Source: an uncultured Acidobacteriota bacterium
GTDB lineage: Bacteria > Acidobacteriota > Thermoanaerobaculia > UBA5066 > DATFVB01
NCBI GenBank assembly: GCA_963813155.1
Contig: CAWEYG010000001.1
Coordinates: 860,347 to 924,346 of the forward strand
Length of the DNA: 64,000 bases
Direction of reading: 5' to 3'
How positions within the stretch are numbered: the stretch's first letter is position 1; each line of letters begins with the position of its first letter. The notes under the pieces are model-generated. The model was not told the DNA's origin, made no database searches, and saw only the letters and a program-made list of their open reading frames with translations. Below, in pieces: positions 41,854 to 49,945 of this stretch. The position numbers and the translations under genes are program-made.

Positions 41854-44417
41854 CGCAGCCCCGAAACGAGAAAGAGCTCCGAAAGCACGCGGGTGTAGCT
41901 GTAAACGTAGTGCTCGCCGTCCGGCGTGATGAGGGGCGGGCGGATGAACGCGACGCCCGCCGTGTCGTTCGGAACGAGGTCTTTCCATTTTTCCCGCTTT
42001 CCGTCGGAGAGGCGCACGCGATCGACGCGCACGGGCGGCGGTCCCGGGGTGTAGACGTAGAGCGAGCCGCCGTCCGCGCTCCAGCGCAGCGGCTGCTCCC
42101 CGGGTTCGATGTGCGGCAGCGGCTGCGGTGCGCCTCCGGCGAGCGGATAGAGGTGAAGAGCCCGGTCCGAGCCGCGGCCGATGATGAACTTCGAATCCGG
42201 GGAGATCAGGTGCGAATAGAGAAGAATCTCGACCCCCTCGTCGGTGATCGGATGCGATGCGCCGCTCGTCACGTCCTGAAGCCATAGCCGCGACGGGTGT
42301 CCGTTTTCACTCGCCGCAAAGAGGATGTTCTTTCCGTCGGGCGCCCAGTCTGCCCACAGAAGATTCCCGGGGACGGGTGCAAGGGAAACCGGCTGGCCGA
42401 TTCCCGTGGGCAGCAGACCGAAGCGAAAGTTCCCGGCGATTTCCTGAGGGGTCGCCAGCGCGAACCGGCCATCCGGGGACAACGCGAGAGAATTCCCGTC
42501 GCCGAGTCGCACGGGCGAGTCCTCTCCGGCGCGGAGAACATAGATCGACCCGTTCGGTCCGCCACCCTCCGCATCCTCGTCGAAAAGAAGGGTCCTGCCG
42601 TCGGCCGAGATGTCCCGCACGGCGGTGTAGTCGAGATACGAAAGATCCCGTTCGCCCCGGTCGCCCGCCATCTGGCCGATCGCGCCGACCCGCATGAGAT
42701 CGCGGTTGAGAAGCACGCGATCCCGCTGCGCGTCGTGGATCGTGAGGATGCCGGGAGCGGCCTCAAGGAGCCGGGTCTTTCCGGATCGCTCGAGCGCCCA
42801 GAGAAAACGGTTGCCGCCGGTCCGCGCCGCCGTGAACCAGACCTCGCGGCGGTCCGGCGACCAGCAAAGACCCTGCAGGCTCGTGAACGGCTCGGATCGG
42901 AGAACCGGCCTTCCCGCCAGATCGATGATGAGAACAGTGCCGTTGTCGCCGGCGAAATTCGGATGGTCCTCGAAGGCGATCCGATCGCCGGCCGGCGAGA
43001 ACCGGGGACGGCCCACCCATCCCGGCGTCTCGAAGATCGGTTTTCCGATCGGACACTCGAGTCGATCTCCCGTCTGCACGCGGCGGACGATCGCGCTGTT
43101 CTTTCCGTCGGGCGCCCACGTCGCCCACTCGATTCCTTCGAGAACCGGCCGCGGCGCCCCGCCGGAGAGGGAAGCAACCGCGAGCGTGCCCGTGCAATCG
43201 AACGAAGAGATGTAGCGCCGCCCGAGCGACAGAGCCATCTCCGACGTCGATGAAATCGAGAGGATGTCGCCCGCGAAACCGAGCGGCCGCGAGAGCTGGC
43301 TCTCGGGACGCACGCTGAACACCTCGAACGGCTTTCCGCTCCAGGCCGCACCGTAGAGGATCGTCGCGCCGTCCGGCGCGAACCGTGCCGAGACGATCGT
43401 CCCCCGCTGGAACGTCAACTGGTGGTAGTCCGGAGACGACGAGCGTCCGCCCCGCCGGCCGATCGCGAGGCCGAGCCCGACGAGAAGCGGAACGGCGGCG
43501 ATCGCCGCGATTCGCTTCCCGAGGACGGATTTCCGCGCGCGGGACGCGATCGCCGGCTGACTCTGCGAGGTTCCCGACAGCGACTCGAGATCGAACGCAA
43601 TGTCCCCGGCCGACTGAAATCGCGCGGAGGGGGATTTCTCCAGGCAGTGGCGGACGATCCGGTCGAGCGACGGCGAAATGCCGCGCCCCGTTTCGGAGAG
43701 CTCCGGCGGCTCTTCTTTGAGGATCGCGCTCATCGTCTCGACGGCAGAATCTCTTCGGAATGCGCGTCGGCCGGAGAGCATCTCGTAGAACACCGCTCCG
43801 AAAGAGAAGATGTCGCTTCGAGCGTCGACGTCGCGCCCGCGCACCTGCTCGGGCGACATGTATCCGACGGTCCCCATGACGGTTCCCGGTTCCGTGCCGG
43901 CCGGCGTCGTCGGCGCGTTCGTTTCCGCCGAGGCGGGACCGAGCTTCTTCGCGAGGCCGAAGTCGAGGATCTTGACCCGGCCGTCCTCGGTCAGGAACAC
44001 GTTCTCCGGTTTCAGGTCCCGGTGAACGACGCCCTTTTCGTGGGCGGCCGCGAGCCCTCTCGCGATCTGGACCGCGATCTCGACGGCGCGGCGCTGCGGG
44101 AGGGCTCCCGCGTCGAGCTTGTCGCGCAGACTCGACCCTTCGAGCAGCTCCATGACGGCATAGACCGTGCCGTCGTGCGTTCCGAAGTCGAAGATCGAGA
44201 GGATGTTCGGGTGGTTGAGCGCCGCGACCGCGTGCGCTTCTCTTTCGAATCGGGCGAGCGCCTCGCGGTCGTTCGCGAACGACTCCGGAAGAACCTTCAC
44301 GGCGACGTCGCGGTTGAGTTTCGCATCGCGCGCGCGGTACACCTCTCCCATGCCGCCCGCGCCGAGCGGAGCGAGGATCTCGAGCGAGCCGAGGCGGGTG
44401 CCGGGTTCAAATCGCAA
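41850..44417 (-). CDS. Membrane Ser/Thr kinase with beta-propeller sensor
   Basis: Intact kinase motifs; TM segment; YHQLTFQRG..ARFAPDG; ends YSYTRVLSELFLVSGLR; TTG start. Confidence 0.93.
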   Translation of the reverse strand: MRFEPGTRLGSLEILAPLGAGGMGEVYRARDAKLNRDVAVKVLPESFANDREALARFEREAHAVAALNHPNILSIFDFGTHDGTVYAVMELLEGSSLRDKLDAGALPQRRAVEIAVQIARGLAAAHEKGVVHRDLKPENVFLTEDGRVKILDFGLAKKLGPASAETNAPTTPAGTEPGTVMGTVGYMSPEQVRGRDVDARSDIFSFGAVFYEMLSGRRAFRRDSAVETMSAILKEEPPELSETGRGISPSLDRIVRHCLEKSPSARFQSAGDIAFDLESLSGTSQSQPAIASRARKSVLGKRIAAIAAVPLLVGLGLAIGRRGGRSSSPDYHQLTFQRGTIVSARFAPDGATILYGAAWSGKPFEVFSVRPESQLSRPLGFAGDILSISSTSEMALSLGRRYISSFDCTGTLAVASLSGGAPRPVLEGIEWATWAPDGKNSAIVRRVQTGDRLECPIGKPIFETPGWVGRPRFSPAGDRIAFEDHPNFAGDNGTVLIIDLAGRPVLRSEPFTSLQGLCWSPDRREVWFTAARTGGNRFLWALERSGKTRLLEAAPGILTIHDAQRDRVLLNRDLMRVGAIGQMAGDRGERDLSYLDYTAVRDISADGRTLLFDEDAEGGGPNGSIYVLRAGEDSPVRLGDGNSLALSPDGRFALATPQEIAGNFRFGLLPTGIGQPVSLAPVPGNLLWADWAPDGKNILFAASENGHPSRLWLQDVTSGASHPITDEGVEILLYSHLISPDSKFIIGRGSDRALHLYPLAGGAPQPLPHIEPGEQPLRWSADGGSLYVYTPGPPPVRVDRVRLSDGKREKWKDLVPNDTAGVAFIRPPLITPDGEHYVYSYTRVLSELFLVSGLR

Positions 44418-44465
44418 AGGCTTGACGCGAATCTTAACCGCATCGCGGGCCGGCCCGCCGGATCG

Positions 44466-45492
44466 TCAGTCGAAATAGTCGGGGCGCGCGAGAACGGACG
44501 CCTGGCGGCGGCCCGGAACGCGGATCGACATCTCGTGCCACCCGCGCCGGAGCGCCGGGCGGACGAAGCTCAAGAGGTACTGGCCGGAGATCGCGCGAGC
44601 GACCTTCTCCATCGCGAAGCGGGGAAAGACATGCGTCTTGAGGTACAGGCCTCCCGTGTCGCCGGCGATCGCCTCGAGCCCGCCTTCCATCGAATGAAAG
44701 TCCGCCGTCGTGACGTCGAGCACGAAAACCGACGTATGCGAGCGCAGGAGCGCGGCCCGCGCGAGGCTGTAGTTGTGGTCGAGGATCAATCCCATCACGG
44801 AATCGAAATTCCCGATTCCCCAGCCGAAAAAGATCAGCGATTTCGAGCCCGGCAGCGCCGCGAGGCCCTGCCCGATGACCCGCAGCGCGTGCTCCGGCAA
44901 AGACGCCCGGCGCGCCGCGGTGAAGTCGAGCGACGCCGCGAGGGAGGGAAACTCCCCGGCGGGAGGATCGGAAAGGCGGTCCGCGTAGAGCGTCCGGCGA
45001 ATCGCGCGCCGGAGCTTTTCCCGGTCGCTCGTGAAGTCCTGCCGGAGCTTCAGGCGCGAGTCGAACGAGAGCACGGCGAGCCGGTCCTCGGGCGCGCAGG
45101 TGTCGAGAAATGCGAGCGCCTGGCGGATCATGCGCATCTGACCGGTGATCCTCGAAAACTCATAGTCGGTCTGAAAAAAGAGAACCACGAGGCGCCCGGG
45201 AGGCGCCGTCCGGGGCTCGTCCGCCGCCGGCTCCCGCTCTCGTTCCGCCTCGGGACGCGGGTGCGCCCGACGGGATCCATTCCACCGACTCGATCGGCAC
45301 GGCGCGGCCGTCGACGCGAAGGGAAAAATCGGGAACGCCGAGGCCGGCGATCGGGGTTCCCAGATTGTCGATGACGCGCACGTCCACGACGACCCGATCG
45401 GCCGTCACGGTGTCGTGAAACCTGTCGGCCGGCTCGTCGGCGCGCGCCGCCAGCACCGCGAGAATCGCGGGGGCGAGGACGAGGCGTTTCAC
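44466..45492 (-). CDS. Secreted acidobacterial VWA-domain protein (frameshift between about 45190 and 45260)
   Basis: VVVDVRVID..G.PI.GL...DF in one frame; DRLAVLSFDSRL.LRQDFT.D, LPGSKSLI, IAGDTGG, YLLSF in the next. Confidence 0.8.
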
Positions 45493-45547
45493 GGCTTCCA
45501 GTCTACGCCCGGCGCCGGGGTCCCGGCGCGCGTGTACCATGGACTTC

Positions 45548-46225
45548 ATGAAACGAATCCTGGGCCCCGCGGCGATCGCCGCCGCCCTGGTCTTTACCCT
45601 TTGCGCCGCCTCCCCCGCGCCCGTCCGGATCGAAGACGAGCCGATGCACCATTTGAAATTCGAGAACGAATACGTCCGCGTCTTCGACGTCGTCGTGCCG
45701 CCCCGGGGGCAGACGCTTCCCCACGTTCACTCGCACGACTACGTTTTCGTCACGCTCGGAGACTCGCACGTCCGCTCCGAGCCGGTCGACGGAAAGCCGG
45801 TCGAGCTCACACTCAAGAACGGAGAGGCGAGGTTCGCCGCCGCGCCGCTGACTCACCGAGCCGTGAATCTCGCCGGGACGCCGTTCCACAATCTCACGAT
45901 TGAAATCCGGAAGCGCGCCGGCTCGGGCCCCGAGGCGCCCGGGCCCGCGATGCCGGGGCACTCGGTCGTCTTCGAGAACGACGAAATTCGGATCGACCGG
46001 CAGGTGCTCGAACCGGGCGAATCGACGGGGCTCCATTCCCACGCCCTCAAGAGCCTCGGGATCTGCATCTCGCCGGCGCGCGTGGAGTATTCGGAGCCGG
46101 GCGGAAAACCGGAGATCGCGAACCTCGAGGCCGGCCAGTTCAACTGGCATCCGGAGCCCCGAACGCATTCGCTCAAGAACGTCGGGACGACCCGGTTCGA
46201 AGCGGTCGAGATCGAGTGGAAGTGA
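45548..46225 (+). CDS. Secreted bicupin protein
   Basis: Two cupin repeats (FENEYVRV..PHVHSHD..THRAVN; FENDEIRI..LHSH..THSLKNVG); signal peptide. Confidence 0.82.
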   Translation: MKRILGPAAIAAALVFTLCAASPAPVRIEDEPMHHLKFENEYVRVFDVVVPPRGQTLPHVHSHDYVFVTLGDSHVRSEPVDGKPVELTLKNGEARFAAAPLTHRAVNLAGTPFHNLTIEIRKRAGSGPEAPGPAMPGHSVVFENDEIRIDRQVLEPGESTGLHSHALKSLGICISPARVEYSEPGGKPEIANLEAGQFNWHPEPRTHSLKNVGTTRFEAVEIEWK

Positions 46226-47024
46226 AGCCCGCCTTCCGGGAGAGATTTCGCCACGATGAACGACGCCCCGCTCATCGCGAGGGCGACGAACATGCTGCTC
46301 CACTTGTTTCCGTCATTCGGAGACGCGAGAGCGAGCGGAATGTGCAGCAGAACGAACCACAGCAAAAACATGATGCCCAGACACGTGGCGGCGAGCCGCC
46401 CGTAGTACCCCGTGGCGATGGCCACGCCGGCGGCGACGAAGCCGGCTCCCGTGAAAACCACCCAGAAGACATGTCCCGGAATCCACGACGGGATCAGCGT
46501 CGCCACGAACTTCAGGTACTCGAAATGCTGGACGCCGAAGATGATCATGCTGAAGGCGAACAAAATCCGGCCCAGCTGGACGATCCTCGCATCCGACCCT
46601 CGGGCGCCGTCCGGCGCGGGCAGGCTACCGATCAGCGACAGCGCCGCCCCGCACAGGGCGAGCGGCTCCAGCGCGCGCGTCCGAGCCGTCCCGGACGCGA
46701 GAATGTCGCCGATTTTCTGCGCATGCAGGATCCGACGCAAAAGAGCAAAAAACCGCCCAACACCAGCGCAGACAGGCGCCGCTTCACATCGAAGGCGATC
46801 CCCGCGGCCGTCGCCACCAGGAGCGAGCCCGCCACGTACGCGCCCGCCGCTCCTCCGGGGGCCCACGGCGGCACCGGCGGCAAACCGCCGGAATAGCGCC
46901 CGTACACGAAGTACTGGGCTCCCAGAAATACGATTCCGGTCGCGAAGAAATACTTCCCGAGCTCGAGAAGACCATTCCGGGCCTTCTCGAGGGCAGCCCG
47001 ATCTCGTTCCTGCGATCCAATCAC
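46225..47024 (-). CDS. DoxX-like membrane protein, paralog of 7922-8680 (frameshift near 46730; 3' end uncertain)
   Basis: GGAGG + GTG 47024; LGKYFFA..; FGVQHF..LIPSWIPGHVFW..TGAGFVAAG in the next frame. Confidence 0.68.
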
Positions 47025-47070
47025 GCGACCTCCCGTTTTCCGAAGGAGTACGAGTTTGCGTCGCGCTGGC

Positions 47071-47140
47071 GGTCCCCGACAATAGCCACAATCGGGACAA
47101 TCGACATGACCACCCGGGTACACCTGTCGAAAGTGGCCAT
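47071..47140 (-). promoter_or_regulatory. Putative MocR operator, site B, with an extra inverted copy
   Basis: Minus strand GTGGTCAT-N16-GTGGCTAT-N7-GACC; plus-strand GTGGCCAT at 47133-47140. Confidence 0.7.
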
Positions 47141-47218
47141 CGAGAGAACTCGCGAAGCGGTCATTGTTCCTCGCGAAACCCGCCGCCAGACTTCGTGCCG
47201 GCGCGGAGAGGAGGCGCG

Positions 47219-47707
47219 GTGACAGAGACAACGGCTCCCCGATTCTTCCCAACGGTCGTCCTGGGCGGTCTGCTCGCGGGCACGCTGGACGGACTCGATG
47301 CCTTGATTTTCTACGGCCTCGCGTTCGGCGTCGCGCCGGCCCGGCTGTTCCAGGGAATCGCGAGCGGGCTTCTCGGGGCCCGATCGTTCCAGCTCGGATG
47401 GAGGTCGGTGGCGCTCGGCGCCCTGTTCCAGCTGTTGATCGCCGTCGGAGCGGCGACGGTCTACTTCCTCGCCTCGTCGAAGATTCCGTTGATGCTGCGC
47501 TGGCCCTGGCTGGCCGGACCGGTTTTCGGCCTCGGGGCTTACGCCTTCATGTACCGCGTCGTCGTGCCGCTCTCGAACGTCTCGAAAAAGAAACACCCGT
47601 TCTCGTGGATCGATTTTCTCGACGAGCTGTTCGCGCACACGATCCTGATCGGGCTGACGATCGCGCTCATGGCCTCGCGGTCGCGGACCGCCCGATCGAA
47701 TCGATGA
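47219..47707 (+). CDS. Four-TM membrane protein
   Basis: GGAGAGGAGG + GTG; GGLLAGTLD..FQGIASGLLG..FMYRVVVPLS..H. Confidence 0.75.
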   Translation: MTETTAPRFFPTVVLGGLLAGTLDGLDALIFYGLAFGVAPARLFQGIASGLLGARSFQLGWRSVALGALFQLLIAVGAATVYFLASSKIPLMLRWPWLAGPVFGLGAYAFMYRVVVPLSNVSKKKHPFSWIDFLDELFAHTILIGLTIALMASRSRTARSNR

Positions 47708-49172
47708 CGCGCCGAAGCCGCCCCACGCCGGCGCGGATCTCCGGAATGCTCACGCCGCCATAGCCGAGGATCAGCCCCTGGCGCCGGGCTCTCCCGAGGT
47801 AGCAGTCCGACATCGGCGCCGCCCAGAGTCCCTCGTCGGCGGAGCGGGCCGAGATCGCGCGGTCGCGAAAACCCCTCGGAAGCGCTGCGGACAGGTACAT
47901 TCCGGCCCGGTCGCCGAGCACTTCGAGCGCCGGGAGCTCGCGGCCGAGGCCCTCGACGAGCGCGCCCCGCCGTTCCCGGCAGAGCAGCCGCACCCGCCGA
48001 ATGTGGCGCGCAAAGTGCCCCTCGCGGATGAAGTCCGCGAGCACCGCCTGATGGAACGTCGGCGAAAAGACGTCCATCGCGCGCCGGACTTCGATGAAGG
48101 GTCGGACGAGATCCGCCGGAATGACGATGTAGGCGAGCCGCAGCGACGGGAACAGGATCTTCGTGAACGTTCCGATATAGATGACCCGCGCATCCCGGTC
48201 GAGCCCCTGGAGAGAGGCGACGGGCAGGTTCCCGTAACGATATTCGCTGTCGTAATCGTCTTCGATGATCCAGGAGCCGTTCGTCCGCGCCCAGTCGAGC
48301 AGCTGGAGGCGGCGGGAAGCGCTCATCGTCACGCCAAGCGGAAACTGATGCGACGGCGTCACGAACGCGGCCCTCGCCCGGGGACACCGCGCGATTCCGG
48401 CGGACACGACGAGCCCTTCGTCGTCGACGGGAACCGGAATCCGGCGAGCCTCGGACAGGCTGAGCACGCTTCGCGTTCCCCAGTAACCGGGCTCTTCGAT
48501 CCACGCGGGACTGTCGTGGTCGAGAAGGACGTTGGCCGAGAGCTCGAGCGCCTGCTGGGATCCGCTGACGATCATGATCTGGTCGGCCTCGCAGCGAACC
48601 GCGCGCGCCGTCCTCAGGTAGTCGGCCACGGCTGTCCGCAGCGACTCGAGGCCCATCGCGTTGCCGTAGTGCAAGAGGGATTCGTCCGAAACACGGGAAT
48701 GGCGGGCCGCGAGCCTCGACCATACGCCCGACGGAAACGTGTCGACGGGCGGTTGGCCCACGCTGAACGCTCCCCGCCCCTTCAGCCAGGGCCCCGCCTC
48801 CTCCGGAAGGAGCGCTTTCGCGCGTCGGGCGACCGTTCGCGGCGCCCTTCGAGCGGGCGGCTTTCCCGGCGCGAGCCTCCGCGGCGGCGTCAGCAGTTCT
48901 TCGGGAAGGGCCCTGGCGACGAACGTCCCGGAGCCCGTGCGGCTCTCGAAATATCCCTCCGCCCGAAGCTGCTCGAAAGCGTTGAGGATCGGAATTCGCG
49001 AGATCTGCAGCTCGACGGCGAGACTCCGGGTCGAGGGCAGGCGCTGTCCCGCCCGGAGCCGCCGTTCGACGATCGCCTCTCGATACCCGTCGTAGAGCTG
49101 CCGGTAGAGCGGGCGCGCGGAGGATCGGTCGATCGAGATCACGGGAAGAATTCCCGGCGGAAGGCTTCTCAC
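47667..49172 (-). CDS. MocR/GabR-family PLP-dependent regulator (GntR wHTH + aminotransferase domain)
   Basis: PLYRQLY..RLPSTR; TPSHQFPLG; EDDYDSEYRY; GTFTKILFP. Confidence 0.95.
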   Translation of the reverse strand: MRSLPPGILPVISIDRSSARPLYRQLYDGYREAIVERRLRAGQRLPSTRSLAVELQISRIPILNAFEQLRAEGYFESRTGSGTFVARALPEELLTPPRRLAPGKPPARRAPRTVARRAKALLPEEAGPWLKGRGAFSVGQPPVDTFPSGVWSRLAARHSRVSDESLLHYGNAMGLESLRTAVADYLRTARAVRCEADQIMIVSGSQQALELSANVLLDHDSPAWIEEPGYWGTRSVLSLSEARRIPVPVDDEGLVVSAGIARCPRARAAFVTPSHQFPLGVTMSASRRLQLLDWARTNGSWIIEDDYDSEYRYGNLPVASLQGLDRDARVIYIGTFTKILFPSLRLAYIVIPADLVRPFIEVRRAMDVFSPTFHQAVLADFIREGHFARHIRRVRLLCRERRGALVEGLGRELPALEVLGDRAGMYLSAALPRGFRDRAISARSADEGLWAAPMSDCYLGRARRQGLILGYGGVSIPEIRAGVGRLRRVIDSIGRSATARP

Positions 49173-49178
49173 GCGCGA

Positions 49179-49227
49179 AGAATAGTGGTCTTATCCACCC
49201 ACGCGCAAGTGGCTATTGATGCCGACC
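49179..49227. promoter_or_regulatory. MocR operator site C, abutting the -10 of the mocR gene
   Basis: Plus strand GTGGTCTT-N16-GTGGCTAT-N7-GACC; minus-strand TATTCT at 49179-49184, 6 nt before GTG. Confidence 0.7.
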
Positions 49228-49252
49228 GCTTTTCCGCCCACACTTCTCGGCA

Positions 49253-49663
49253 ATGAGGACCGCGGAGCAGCAAAGACATCGCTCGACCGAATTGACACCG
49301 TCGATCCTGTCCTTTGGACACACGATCCGGTGGCGGCGGGAATCGAGGCGGATCGGCCTGCGCGCCCTCGCGCGCGCGACGCGTCTCAGCCCGTCCTACC
49401 TTTCGCGAATCGAGCGAAACCGCGTTCCGCCGCCGAGCGCCGACGCGATCGGCCGCCTCGCCGAGGCGTTGAACGCCGACGCCGAGGACCTGCTCGCGGC
49501 GGCGGGCATCGTTCCCGAAAGTGTTCTCGGCTTCCTGCGGCGCAGGCCCGGCGTCGCGACGAGGATCATTTCGCTGCTCGGGGAACTGACCGAGGACGAA
49601 ATCACCGAGCTGGTGAGCGATCTCCGGCGACGTTCGTCCATCTCACTGTCGACCGCTCTCTGA
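49253..49663 (+). CDS. XRE-family HTH regulator
   Basis: FGHTIRWRR..LRALA..LSPSYLSRIERN..PPS..LAEAL..LLAAAG. Confidence 0.85.
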   Translation: MRTAEQQRHRSTELTPSILSFGHTIRWRRESRRIGLRALARATRLSPSYLSRIERNRVPPPSADAIGRLAEALNADAEDLLAAAGIVPESVLGFLRRRPGVATRIISLLGELTEDEITELVSDLRRRSSISLSTAL

Positions 49664-49945
49664 CGCCCTTCTTCACTATTCACTGTCGCCTGACCACTAT
49701 TCCCGACATTCTCACCTGTTGTGCAACACTATCTATAGTCGACTGTGCTCTGTTTCAGACACATTCAACGAACTTCAGAATCGTGAAGTGAACTCCAAGA
49801 AAGCGAGATGAGCGAGATTTCAATTCGTTGAAATCGCTCGCCGCGCACAGTGGCAGCGGCGTTGCTCTCCCGGAGTTCGGCTTCTCTCGCGTCTTCATTC
49901 GCCGGCGAAGCCAAAGGCGGCCTGAAAGGGCCGGGAAGGAGTTTT

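Noticed and set aside
101-45374. Long plus-strand ORFs antisense to the kinases (e.g. 12327-15449, 23854-26250, 43422-45374) that resemble each other
   Set aside because: These are shadow ORFs from high-GC codon bias. Their mutual similarity mirrors the conserved kinase strand.
45853-46225. Apparent 370-nt antisense overlap of the DoxX-like ORF with the bicupin gene
   Set aside because: Similarity to the paralog ends near 46240. The read-through is probably a lost stop or an indel, not a real overlapping gene.
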